Translations under genes and position numbers: made by a program
Source: Bryobacteraceae bacterium
GTDB taxonomy: Bacteria > Acidobacteriota > Terriglobia > Bryobacterales > Bryobacteraceae
DNA length: 64,000 bases
Assembly: GCA_037190045.1 (NCBI GenBank)
Contig: JBBCIQ010000004.1
Location: forward strand, 814,251-878,250
Direction of reading: 5' to 3'
The notes under the pieces: model-generated
Told to the model about the DNA's origin: nothing
What the model saw: only the letters and a program-made list of their open reading frames with translations
Databases searched by the model: none
Part shown: piece after piece, positions 53,599 through 63,225 of the stretch
Layout: every line of letters starts with the position of its first letter
How positions within the stretch are numbered: the first letter of the stretch is position 1

Positions 53599-54369
53599 TT
53601 ATTCGATCCGAAAATCCCAGACCTGAGGGTTTGCTTCCCCATTGCCGGAGAACTGGATCACGGCATATTCGCCCACCGGCAGCTTTTCGATGGGCCAGAT
53701 CTTGTACAGACCTTCTGCAAACTGACGTCGAAATGTTTCCACCTGATCCTGCTCTTCCAGCATGATCTTTTCGATGGGAACAATTACCACCCGTTCAATG
53801 ATGCGTGAGTTTGCTTTGGGTTCCACACGAACCAGTGCCATCTTCGGGTGCTTGGACTGACGCAGGTAAAATTCGGGTCGTGATTCCCGGATGATATTCT
53901 TTGATTTTTCCCCATCCACCTCAATCGTTGCTTTGCCATTCACGATGGGAATGGGCGACATCGCTTTGAGGATGCTTCGTTTCTTGTCTGTGACAAACTT
54001 CGTGTCTGCCTGGGGAATTTCGCGAAGCGTTTCCGCCTCCATCAGGTAAACACCGGGATCCACAGGGATGCGGGAAATTTCTTTAGCCAATGCCCGTTCT
54101 GCCTGATCTTCCTCATCCTGTGCAGCGGCATTGGCGGAGCGTTGTGCGTCTACTTCTTTTCGTTCCGTCTCTGTTTTTTTCAGGTCGATGAGATCTGTGG
54201 GAATCTCTTCCCAGTCACGTCGTTCTGTGGAGTAGAAGCGGACCCGATCTTCCTGGACCTGATATTCGCTGACACGATGATAGGAGCCGTCTTTGAGGTA
54301 AAGGCGGAAATTTGCACCGAACAGTGCCATTGAGACGAGAAACAATATCAGAAGCCGCATCTCATTCAC
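53599..54369 (-). CDS. Secreted protein of unknown function
   Basis: Signal peptide MNEMRLLILFLVSMALFGA, an acidic/coiled central segment, and no motif recognised. Confidence 0.5.
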   Translation of the reverse strand: MNEMRLLILFLVSMALFGANFRLYLKDGSYHRVSEYQVQEDRVRFYSTERRDWEEIPTDLIDLKKTETERKEVDAQRSANAAAQDEEDQAERALAKEISRIPVDPGVYLMEAETLREIPQADTKFVTDKKRSILKAMSPIPIVNGKATIEVDGEKSKNIIRESRPEFYLRQSKHPKMALVRVEPKANSRIIERVVIVPIEKIMLEEQDQVETFRRQFAEGLYKIWPIEKLPVGEYAVIQFSGNGEANPQVWDFRIE

Positions 54370-54392
54370 CAGTCTAGTGCCATTCTAGTAAG

Positions 54393-55370
54393 GTGAACTA
54401 TCGGATACTTGGCCGGACAAATCTCCGGATCAGCGATATCGGCTATGGAGCCTGGGGTATCGGTGGAAACCAGTGGCGAGGTGGAACAGATGAAGAGTCA
54501 CTCAGCGCGCTGAAGCGGGCACTGGAACTGGGTCTGAACTTCATCGATACGGCGCTTGCCTATAACGAAGGTCATAGTGAATCTCTGATTGCGCGCACTC
54601 TGAAAGAGACCGGAGCGAAGGCTTATGTCGCAACAAAGGTTCCTCCGATGAACCGTCTGTGGCCCGCACGACCAGGAATCGGAATTGAGGATGTTTTCCC
54701 ATATAACTACATCATCGAATCCACCGAAACCAGCCTTCGGAATCTTCACACCGACACCCTTGATCTGCAACAGCTTCATGTGTGGAATCCGGAATGGATC
54801 CATCGCGATGAATGGCGACGTGCATTTGAAGAACTGAAGAAATCCGGTAAGGTTCGTTTTGTTGGAGTGTCCATCAATGATCATCAGCCGGATACTGCGA
54901 TCGAGCTGATTGAAACCGGACTGATCGATACGGTGCAGGTGATCTATAACATCTTTGACCAGACTCCGGAGGACAAGTTGTTCCCGGTCTGCCAGAAACA
55001 CAACATCGGTGTGCTGGCTCGTGTACCGCTTGACGAAGGCGCACTCACTGGAAACATCACGGAAGATTCACAGTTTGATCCGGAAGAGTTCCGTGCATTT
55101 TATTTCCAGGGTGACCGAAAGAGAGAAGTTGTGGAGCATGTGGCTGCTCTCAGTAAGGATCTGGAGAACACAAATGAAACTCTTGCAGAAACAGCATTGC
55201 GATTCTGCCTGTCTCATCCGGCTGTTTCGACAGTGATCCCCGGCATGCGCAGTCTGCGGAATGTGGAAACGAATATCCGGGTGTCCGATACAGGAGCATT
55301 GTCTCCCGAGACCCTGACGGTTCTTCGCAAGCATGCCTGGAACAAGAACTATTACGCGAGCCCGGAGTAA
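54393..55370 (+). CDS. Aldo/keto reductase
   Basis: LGRTNLRISDIGYGAWGIGG, FIDTALAYNEGHSE, VGVSIND and VIPGMRS. Confidence 0.9.
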   Translation: MNYRILGRTNLRISDIGYGAWGIGGNQWRGGTDEESLSALKRALELGLNFIDTALAYNEGHSESLIARTLKETGAKAYVATKVPPMNRLWPARPGIGIEDVFPYNYIIESTETSLRNLHTDTLDLQQLHVWNPEWIHRDEWRRAFEELKKSGKVRFVGVSINDHQPDTAIELIETGLIDTVQVIYNIFDQTPEDKLFPVCQKHNIGVLARVPLDEGALTGNITEDSQFDPEEFRAFYFQGDRKREVVEHVAALSKDLENTNETLAETALRFCLSHPAVSTVIPGMRSLRNVETNIRVSDTGALSPETLTVLRKHAWNKNYYASPE

Positions 55371-55375
55371 TCAGA

Positions 55376-56239
55376 GTGCGGATTGGAATTCATACATCCA
55401 CTACCGGAGGGCTGCATCAGGCTGCTCTCCGTGCTGCTGCTCTTGGAGCGAATACTTTCCAGATTTTTACTTCCAGTCCGCGCATGTGGCGTTACGGAGC
55501 ACTGCATGCAAAGGACATTCTGGAGTTGCGGAGAATCCGGGAAGAGAATGACCTGTATCCGCTGGTTGTCCATGATAACTATCTGATCAACCTGGCCTCG
55601 AAGGATGAAGCGATCCGTACGAAGTCCATGCTGGCTTTCCGTCAGGAGCTGGAACGGGCAGTGGCTATTGGTGCGGAATATCTGGTAGCGCATCCCGGCA
55701 GCTACAAAAATCAGACGGTTGAAGACGGGATCTATTCTTTTGTTTCTGGTCTGCTGGAAGCTGTCGAAGGGTTGGACACCACAGGCGTCACTCTTTTGCT
55801 GGAAAATACGGCAGGACAAGGCAGTGCGCTGGGGAGTCGTTTTGAGGAACTGGCCGAGATGCGTCGACTTGCTCTGCCGCGCACGAGCCTGCAAATTGGA
55901 TATTGTCTGGATACCTGTCACTGCCTGGCAGCCGGATATGATGTGGCGACTGCTGACGGTCTCGAAATGGTTCTGAATGATGCCCAACGTATTCTGGGGC
56001 TGGAAAATATTCCGGTCATTCACACTAATGATTCCAAAGGCGCACTGGGATCGCATCTCGACCGCCATGCCAATATTGGCGAAGGGGCGATCGGGATTGA
56101 AGGCTTCTATCGAATCCTCAATCATCCTTTGCTGAAGGAAAAAGCTTTCGTTCTGGAGACTCCGATTGATCAGCCGGGAGACGACCTCCGCAATGTGAAT
56201 GCGCTGAAACAACTGATTTCACAGGGATCTGTCGCCTGA
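55376..56239 (+). CDS. nfo: Deoxyribonuclease IV (endonuclease IV)
   Basis: GTG start. RIGIHTS, VVHDNYLINLAS, LVAHPGS, LLENTAGQG, CLDTCH and HTNDSK. Confidence 0.92.
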   Translation: MRIGIHTSTTGGLHQAALRAAALGANTFQIFTSSPRMWRYGALHAKDILELRRIREENDLYPLVVHDNYLINLASKDEAIRTKSMLAFRQELERAVAIGAEYLVAHPGSYKNQTVEDGIYSFVSGLLEAVEGLDTTGVTLLLENTAGQGSALGSRFEELAEMRRLALPRTSLQIGYCLDTCHCLAAGYDVATADGLEMVLNDAQRILGLENIPVIHTNDSKGALGSHLDRHANIGEGAIGIEGFYRILNHPLLKEKAFVLETPIDQPGDDLRNVNALKQLISQGSVA

Positions 56240-56274
56240 ACCGCATAAACACCTTACACTAGAAGATTCACCCC

Positions 56275-58716
56275 ATGTCCGAACAGCAGTACGACCATCT
56301 TTCCATTGAGCCCAAGTGGCAGTCCGTCTGGGATTCTTCTCCAGATCTATACAAGGCGTCTGTAGAAGACAGCCGTCCCAAGTATTTCGTTGTCGAAATG
56401 CTTCCGTATCCCAGTGGAAAGCTCCATATGGGACACGTCCGGAATTACTCCATTGGAGATACGCTGGCCCGTTACATGTGGATGCGAGGATATAACGTTC
56501 TGCATCCCATGGGGTGGGACGCATTCGGACTTCCTGCGGAAAATGCTGCGCTGAAAAGCGGACGTCCTCCCCGTGACTGGACGGTGTCGAACATCGCCAC
56601 CATGAAGGGGCAGCTGAAACGTCTGGGCTTCAGCTACGACTGGGATCGCGAAATCTCCACCTGCGAGCCGGACTACTACCGGTGGAACCAGTGGTTCTTT
56701 CTCCGCATGTATGAGAAAGGCCTGGCATACCGCAAAAACTCGCGCGTGAACTGGTGCACAATCTGTGCCACAGTGCTGGCTAATGAACAAGTAGTGAACG
56801 GCTGCTGCTGGAGGCATGAGACTACACCTGTCATCCAGAAGGAGATCGAACAGTGGTTCTTCCGGATTACGCAATATGCGGATGAACTGGTGGATGGCCT
56901 GAAGGATCTGGACCCAGGCTGGCCGGAACGTGTTCGCGCCATGCAGGAGAACTGGATTGGCCGCAGTGATGGCACGGAAGTGGATTTCCGGCTGGAAGGC
57001 ACAAATGAGCCGATCCGGGTCTTTACTACCCGCGTCGATACGATTTTTGGGGTTTCCTGTGTCATTCTGGCACCGGAGCATCCGCTGACCGCTGGACTAA
57101 CGGCTGCAGAGCAGCAGGCGGAGCTGAAACGGATTCTGGAAGACCAGTCCCGTAAAGATCCGGCTGAGATCGAGAAGGAAGGCTTCTTCACAGGTCACTA
57201 CGCGATGAACCCATACAGCGGCGAAAAGGTTCCGGTATGGGTGGGTAACTTTGTTCTGGCCAACTATGGAACAGGTGCCATCATGGCTGTGCCTGCCCAT
57301 GATGAACGGGATTTTGAATTCTGTAGCAAGTACGGAATACCCATTGTTCCGGTGATCCGTCCGGTGGATGGTGTTCTTCCGGAAGTGGCAACGGAAGCAT
57401 TCACGGAATATGGAATCGCAGAAAAGGCGGGTCAGTTTTCCGGACTCCCTTCTGCGGAAGCGCGCGAAAAGATGTCGCACTTTGCGGAACAGAATGATTT
57501 CGGCAAAGCGACCATTACTTATCGGCTGAGAGACTGGGGCGTTTCCCGTCAGCGTTATTGGGGAACTCCGATTCCCATCATTCATTGTGAAAAATGCGGT
57601 GTCGTTCCGGTTCCTGATGATCAGCTGCCTGTGGTTCTGCCGGACAGTGTGAACATCACGGGAGAGGGTCGATCTCCGCTGGAATCTGTTCCGGAATTCA
57701 TCAATGTTGCCTGTCCACGATGCGGATCCGCTGCCCGGCGTGAATCCGACACGATGGATACTTTTGTGGATTCATCGTGGTACTTCTATCGCTATTGCGA
57801 TCCGAAGAATGAGCAGCGTCCTTTTGATCCTGCGGTTGCCAAGCACTGGTTCCCCATGGATCAGTACATCGGTGGAATCACCCATGCAATTCTGCATCTG
57901 TTGTATTCACGCTACTGGACCAAAGTGATGCGGGACATTGGGTTGATCGAAAACAATGAGCCCGCCGCAAACCTGTTCACGCAGGGAATGGTGCTGGGTA
58001 CTGATGGAACAGCCATGTCCAAGTCAAAAGGGAATGTGGTGGATCCTGACCTGATGGTCCAGAAGTACGGTGCTGATACCTGCCGTCTGTTTACCTTGTT
58101 TGCGGCCCCCCCGGATCGCGACATGGAGTGGAATGAATCTTCTGTGGAAGGACAGTTCCGTTTTCTGAATCGTGTCTATCGGTTCATTACCCGCAATATC
58201 AATGTAGAGCGGGAAGGTACTTCACAGGGTGGACGTCAGGCCCTGCGCAAACTTCATCAGACCATTGGAAAAGTGACCGGCGATTTTGATAATCGTTGGC
58301 ACTTCAATACATCCATTGCTGCGCTGATGGAACTGCTGAATGAGCTGACATCATTAGAGGAAAAGATCCCCGGTGATATTACCCAGCAGGTCATCTCGGC
58401 CTATGTGAAGTTGCTGGCTCCGTTTGCACCGTTCATCTCACAGGAACTGTGGGAACTGATGAGCGGCTCCGGTCAGATTCTGCGGCAAGACTGGCCTGTA
58501 ACTGATCCTGCACTGGCTGCTGAAGATGAACTGGAAGTTCCGGTCCAGATCAATGGAAAGGTCCGCTCGCGTGTGGTGGTTCCGATTGGTACATCCCGTG
58601 AGGACCTGGAAAAAGCTGCATTGTCAGAAGAGAAGATTCGTGCGGCACTGGAAGGGAAACAGGTGGCCAAGCTCATCGTAGTTCCCGGAAAACTCGTCAA
58701 TATCGTCGCGAAATAA
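56275..58716 (+). CDS. leuS: Leucine--tRNA ligase
   Basis: HIGH-type motif PYPSGKLHMGHVRNY, CP1 editing domain, KMSKS-type motif AMSKSKGN, 813 aa. Confidence 0.97.
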   Translation: MSEQQYDHLSIEPKWQSVWDSSPDLYKASVEDSRPKYFVVEMLPYPSGKLHMGHVRNYSIGDTLARYMWMRGYNVLHPMGWDAFGLPAENAALKSGRPPRDWTVSNIATMKGQLKRLGFSYDWDREISTCEPDYYRWNQWFFLRMYEKGLAYRKNSRVNWCTICATVLANEQVVNGCCWRHETTPVIQKEIEQWFFRITQYADELVDGLKDLDPGWPERVRAMQENWIGRSDGTEVDFRLEGTNEPIRVFTTRVDTIFGVSCVILAPEHPLTAGLTAAEQQAELKRILEDQSRKDPAEIEKEGFFTGHYAMNPYSGEKVPVWVGNFVLANYGTGAIMAVPAHDERDFEFCSKYGIPIVPVIRPVDGVLPEVATEAFTEYGIAEKAGQFSGLPSAEAREKMSHFAEQNDFGKATITYRLRDWGVSRQRYWGTPIPIIHCEKCGVVPVPDDQLPVVLPDSVNITGEGRSPLESVPEFINVACPRCGSAARRESDTMDTFVDSSWYFYRYCDPKNEQRPFDPAVAKHWFPMDQYIGGITHAILHLLYSRYWTKVMRDIGLIENNEPAANLFTQGMVLGTDGTAMSKSKGNVVDPDLMVQKYGADTCRLFTLFAAPPDRDMEWNESSVEGQFRFLNRVYRFITRNINVEREGTSQGGRQALRKLHQTIGKVTGDFDNRWHFNTSIAALMELLNELTSLEEKIPGDITQQVISAYVKLLAPFAPFISQELWELMSGSGQILRQDWPVTDPALAAEDELEVPVQINGKVRSRVVVPIGTSREDLEKAALSEEKIRAALEGKQVAKLIVVPGKLVNIVAK

Positions 58717-58730
58717 ATTTTCATTGCATC

Positions 58731-58759
58731 GGAGAATTGTGCCCGAGGTACAATTCTCC
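58731..58759 (+). other. 10-bp perfect hairpin between leuS and the next gene (possible terminator/processing or translational element)
   Basis: GGAGAATTGT at 58731-58740, a 9-nt loop, and ACAATTCTCC at 58750-58759. No U-tract follows. It ends 5 nt before ATG 58765. Confidence 0.35.
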
Positions 58760-58764
58760 AAGTC

Positions 58765-60048
58765 ATGTCATCTACCCGTCGAGATCTGATTTCAGCAGCG
58801 ACTGCTGTTTTCACCACCAACCTCTTTACTGGGCAGGTAAAGGGTGCCAATGATCGTGTCTCTGCTGCATTCATCGGAGTCGGAAGAATGGGGCAGGGAA
58901 ATCTGAGAGTAGCGAAATCGCAGGAGAACCTTGCGGTTGCTGCCGTCTGTGATGTCTTTCAGCCTAATCTGGACCAGGCAGCACAACTGGCTGGTGATAA
59001 CGTGCGCAAGATCCGGGATTTTCGCGAGATTCTTGCCGATAAGTCCATTGACGTGGTTGGTATCTCAACGCCGGATCACTGGCATGCTTACCAGACAATC
59101 GAAGCCTGCAAAGCGGGCAAAGATGTCTATGTCGAAAAGCCGGTAAGTGTCACCATTGAGGAAGGGCAGAAGATGGTGGCTGCCGCCCGGAAGTACAAAA
59201 GGGTAGTGCAGGCCGGGACCATGCAGCGCTCCGCAGCTCATTTCCAGAAGGCCGCAGAAATTGTCAAAAGCGGGGAACTGGGAACTGTTTCCTTTGTCCG
59301 TAGCTGGAACTCCGGATTGCAGAAGGAAGATGGTATCGGCAACCCACCGGATGGAGCGCCGCCTTCCGAACTCGATTGGGATATGTGGCTGGGACCCGCA
59401 CAAAAACGTGCATTCAATCCCAACCGTTTTGGCGTAGATCCCAAGACGTTCTCCCACTTCCGCTGGTTCTGGGATTATGCAGGTGGCATGATGACAGACT
59501 GGAGTGTCCACTGGCTGGACATCGTACAGATGGCTTATGACGAGCAGATGCCTACGGCCTGTGTTGCTCTGGGCGGGAAATACTGGCTGAAGGATAACCG
59601 CGAGACTCCGGATACGATTCAGGTGACGTATGAGTATCCTGGCTTTATTGCCACCTATGAAAATCGTGCAGGACACAGCCAGCTCATCCACGGATCAAAT
59701 GGAGGCATCCTGTTCCAGGGAACAAAGGGGACTCTCTATGTGGATCGCCAGCGATACACCATCATTCCGGAAAAAGACTCAGGGCTAACTCCGGTTGAAG
59801 TCCGTTCTACAGGCGCTGGAAATGCTGCCCACTGGGCGAACTTCCTGCATTGCGTGAAGACACGGGAGAAACCAATTTCCGATATCGAAACGTGTCATCG
59901 TTCCAGCTCAACCTGCCATCTGGGGAATATCGCACTCCGTTCAAAGCTGCGTGTGGATTTTGATCCGCAGAGGGAATATATCGGGCAGGCAGAGGCGAGA
60001 AAATATGCTTCCCGTGAGTATCGCAAGCCCTGGAAGCTGACCATCTAG
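58765..60048 (+). CDS. Gfo/Idh/MocA-family oxidoreductase with twin-arginine signal
   Basis: MSSTRRDLISAATAVFTT (Tat-like), Rossmann segment AFIGVGRMG, and the EKP motif VYVEKPVS. Confidence 0.88.
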   Translation: MSSTRRDLISAATAVFTTNLFTGQVKGANDRVSAAFIGVGRMGQGNLRVAKSQENLAVAAVCDVFQPNLDQAAQLAGDNVRKIRDFREILADKSIDVVGISTPDHWHAYQTIEACKAGKDVYVEKPVSVTIEEGQKMVAAARKYKRVVQAGTMQRSAAHFQKAAEIVKSGELGTVSFVRSWNSGLQKEDGIGNPPDGAPPSELDWDMWLGPAQKRAFNPNRFGVDPKTFSHFRWFWDYAGGMMTDWSVHWLDIVQMAYDEQMPTACVALGGKYWLKDNRETPDTIQVTYEYPGFIATYENRAGHSQLIHGSNGGILFQGTKGTLYVDRQRYTIIPEKDSGLTPVEVRSTGAGNAAHWANFLHCVKTREKPISDIETCHRSSSTCHLGNIALRSKLRVDFDPQREYIGQAEARKYASREYRKPWKLTI

Positions 60049-60060
60049 TCCTGCTTCCAG

Positions 60061-62421
60061 CTAGCTCAGCTTCAGTGTTGCCTGATAGACAGGATCACCG
60101 GGTTCCATGAAAACACGGAACCCGAGTTTCCTCACCAGCCCCAGCATGCGTGAGTTCTGGCCATGAATATCGGCATTGAGGCGGGTGACACCTTCCTTTT
60201 TTGCGACATCGATCAGACGGTTCATCATTTCCCGGCCCAGACCCTTACCCTGTGCTGAATCGACAATCAGGACTCCAAATTCAGCTTCTGTCTCCTGGGC
60301 TTTTTTCAGCCGACCAACTCCCAGAATTTTTCCTTCTTCTTCAGCTACCAGTGCGATTTCCCGGTCATAGTCGTTAAAGCAGATACGGATCAGCCGTTCA
60401 TGATCGACACGCTGTGACAATTTCATGAACTGGAAGTAGCGCAGATAGATGGACTGGTCAGAGACACCGGCATGAAACTCCACCATCAAGGGCTCATCTT
60501 CCGGGCGGATCGGTCGGAACAGAATTGCCGAGCCATCCCGAGCCTGCCATTCGCTCATGTACTGGACTGGATAGGGGCGGATCGAGATGCGCGGCAGTTT
60601 ATCCTCTGCCATTTCGTTTCCGTGGAGATGGATGGTGGTCCGGTCAGTTTCGGTGAGATGAATTTCTGACCGGGAGATCCATTGTTGTTCCACAAGTAAC
60701 TGGGAGAATCGCACCAGAAGAATCTCCAGTTCGTTGGCATGCTGTTCGATCTGATGGAAAATCCGGGTCCTGTCCAGCATGCGACGCGCAAGAGTTGTAT
60801 TGAGCGGGGGCAGTCCCAGGGAGTGATCGTCATAAATCTCGCGGAATGGTCCTCCCGCGCTGACCTTGATGACCGGGCCGAACTGTTCGTCGATGAAAGA
60901 ACTCAATACCAGTGGGAATTCAGTAGGAAGCGTAGCGGACTGTATGCCATAGATCCGCAGAATCTCCTGGACTTCTGTACTCTCCAATGAAACTTTTCCT
61001 GCCTGACGTGCGCTGGTGATCAGGGATCGAGCTTTCTCTGCCTCATTGAACTTCGATACAGTGAGCGCCGGAGTTTCATACAGACTCCGCAGACTTTGGG
61101 TATAGCGCCACATGTACTGGAACATGCGGGCCGCCGTATCCGGATAGGGGAAGGTTGGGATGCCTGCATCGTTGAGGATCTTTTCCCCTTCTGCCACTAC
61201 AGGTCCACCCATCCAGCTGGCGAGGACGGGTTTATTGATATTCGCGTACTTGGTCAAGGATTCAGCCACGCGTGTGGGGTCCGTCATGGCCTGTGGTGTA
61301 AGCACCACCAGTAATCCATCGCTGGCTGGATCTTTAGCCGCAATATCGAGAGACTTCTCATAACGATCCGGGTTGGCATCACTGGTGATGTCGATCGGAT
61401 TTCGCTGGCTCCAGGTAGGTGGAAGCACTGCGTCCAGTGCTTGTTGGGTCTCCGGTGCAAGTTCAGCCAGTTGTCCGCCGTTAGCGAGCAGAGTGTCGGT
61501 TGCAATTGCAGCGGGTCCACCAGCATTGGTCAGAATCGTCAATCGGGGACCCTGTGGACGCGATTGCTTGCTCAATACTTCCGCCATATAGAACAGATCG
61601 GCGATAGACGTTACGCGCAGAACACCGCATCTGCGGAAAGCTGCATCGTAGACCTCATCCTGCTGTGACCGTCGTGGCTTGATCACGATGATCGGCTTGC
61701 TGAGCGCTACTTCACGGGCAGCAGAAAGAAAGCTGCTGGGATCATCGATCCTTTCCATGTATATCAGGATGGCGCGTGTCTGATAGTCCTGCCCCAGATA
61801 ATCGATCAGGTCCCCCCAGCTGACATCCAGCATGGAACCTGTGGAAACAAAGGTGCTGAAGCCGACGTTTTCCTTGAAGCTCCAGTCCAGAACTGCGCTG
61901 CACAATGCTCCCGACTGTGAGACGAAGCCGATATTTCCGGGTCGTGCCATACCACGGGAAAAGGTGGCATTTACTTTTGCGGAAGGTGTCATGATGCCCA
62001 GAGAGTCCGGGCCGATGATGCGGATTTTTGCTGCCTTTGCCTCTGCCAGTAACTGTCGCCCCAGTGCCTGACCTTCCACCCCGGTGCGAAATCCCGGTGG
62101 AATGACGACTGCTCCCCTGATCCCTTTTGTGCCGCAATCCCGAATCAGTCCAGGAATAGTTGTCCGCGGTGCAGCAATAACAGCCAGATCAGCGGAGATG
62201 GGAATATCGGTGACGGAAGGAAATGTCTTGACGCCAAAAACAATGGCTTCACTGGCATTGACGGGAAAGATATTGCCGGGAAATGATGCGGATCGAAGAT
62301 TTTCAAATACAGCTCGTCCGACACTGCCCTCTTCTTCGGTTGCTCCAATCAGAACAATATTGCGAGGCGTGAAGAAAGGATCAAGCGGATGATTTTCTGA
62401 AAGCATCAGCCCACCGGGCAT
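60061..62421 (-). CDS. Pat-like protein acetyltransferase: NDP-forming acyl-CoA synthetase-like domains fused to a C-terminal GNAT
   Basis: CoA-binding N-terminus PRNIVLIGATEEEGSVG and succinyl-CoA-synthetase-like segments. The GNAT tail contains FGVLIVDSAQGKGLGREMMNRLI. Confidence 0.85.
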   Translation of the reverse strand: MPGGLMLSENHPLDPFFTPRNIVLIGATEEEGSVGRAVFENLRSASFPGNIFPVNASEAIVFGVKTFPSVTDIPISADLAVIAAPRTTIPGLIRDCGTKGIRGAVVIPPGFRTGVEGQALGRQLLAEAKAAKIRIIGPDSLGIMTPSAKVNATFSRGMARPGNIGFVSQSGALCSAVLDWSFKENVGFSTFVSTGSMLDVSWGDLIDYLGQDYQTRAILIYMERIDDPSSFLSAAREVALSKPIIVIKPRRSQQDEVYDAAFRRCGVLRVTSIADLFYMAEVLSKQSRPQGPRLTILTNAGGPAAIATDTLLANGGQLAELAPETQQALDAVLPPTWSQRNPIDITSDANPDRYEKSLDIAAKDPASDGLLVVLTPQAMTDPTRVAESLTKYANINKPVLASWMGGPVVAEGEKILNDAGIPTFPYPDTAARMFQYMWRYTQSLRSLYETPALTVSKFNEAEKARSLITSARQAGKVSLESTEVQEILRIYGIQSATLPTEFPLVLSSFIDEQFGPVIKVSAGGPFREIYDDHSLGLPPLNTTLARRMLDRTRIFHQIEQHANELEILLVRFSQLLVEQQWISRSEIHLTETDRTTIHLHGNEMAEDKLPRISIRPYPVQYMSEWQARDGSAILFRPIRPEDEPLMVEFHAGVSDQSIYLRYFQFMKLSQRVDHERLIRICFNDYDREIALVAEEEGKILGVGRLKKAQETEAEFGVLIVDSAQGKGLGREMMNRLIDVAKKEGVTRLNADIHGQNSRMLGLVRKLGFRVFMEPGDPVYQATLKLS

Positions 62422-62442
62422 CGTGAACCTCCTGTCACAGCA

Positions 62443-63225
62443 TCAGAGTATGTCAGCAAAGCTTCTTTGTAGTTTAGAAAACCATCGAGTGCCAATCAAA
62501 AAGATCACGATGGAAACCAGCCACAGTTTCCAGAGTGCTGCAAATTCGGGAGCAGTTCCTTCCAGGAAAATAGCACGATATCCACGGACCAGCGCATACA
62601 GGGGATTCTTCCCCAGGATACTCATCAGTTCCTGTGGAATCGCTGTATCCGGATAACAAATGGGAGTTGTAAAAAACCAGAGTGTCAGAACAAATCCGAT
62701 GATTTGTGCAAGATCACGGAGAAACGCGCCTGCTGCTGCCAGTATATAGCTGAGTCCGAGCGTGAGCAGAACCTGCGGAACAAGAAGTACAGGGAACCAT
62801 AGGCTGGACAGTGGAATGGAATCACGGGTGATCAGCAGAAGAACAAAGAAAATCCAGAGTGCAATCAGGCTGGAAATGAGGGCGGCAAGAGTCCGGATCG
62901 CAGGCAGGATCTCCGAAGGGAAAATCAGTTTTTTGATGAAGTTGTAATGTTCAATGATGACGGTGGGAGATCGGCCCAGCGCTTCACTGATAGCGAGCCA
63001 TGGCATCATTCCAGCAAGAAAATAGAGGACAAACCCTTCGCGTGAGGGATCGCCTGGAAAACGTGCCTGTAAGACAATTCCGAAAACGAAGTAGTAAGTG
63101 GCAGTCAGCAACAAGGGATTGAGAATTGTCCACAAGCCTCCACCAAAGCTACCCCGGTAGCGGGACTGGATGTCCCGTTTTGTCAGTGACCAGATAAGGC
63201 GTCTGTGTTTCCAGAGCGAGATCAT
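62443..63225 (-). CDS. ABC-2-type polysaccharide/O-antigen export permease (Wzm/TagG/KpsM-like)
   Basis: N-terminal RRLIWSLTKRDIQSRYRGSFGGGLWTILNPLL and 6 TM helices. No ATPase partner is present in the window. Confidence 0.85.
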   Translation of the reverse strand: MISLWKHRRLIWSLTKRDIQSRYRGSFGGGLWTILNPLLLTATYYFVFGIVLQARFPGDPSREGFVLYFLAGMMPWLAISEALGRSPTVIIEHYNFIKKLIFPSEILPAIRTLAALISSLIALWIFFVLLLITRDSIPLSSLWFPVLLVPQVLLTLGLSYILAAAGAFLRDLAQIIGFVLTLWFFTTPICYPDTAIPQELMSILGKNPLYALVRGYRAIFLEGTAPEFAALWKLWLVSIVIFLIGTRWFSKLQRSFADIL

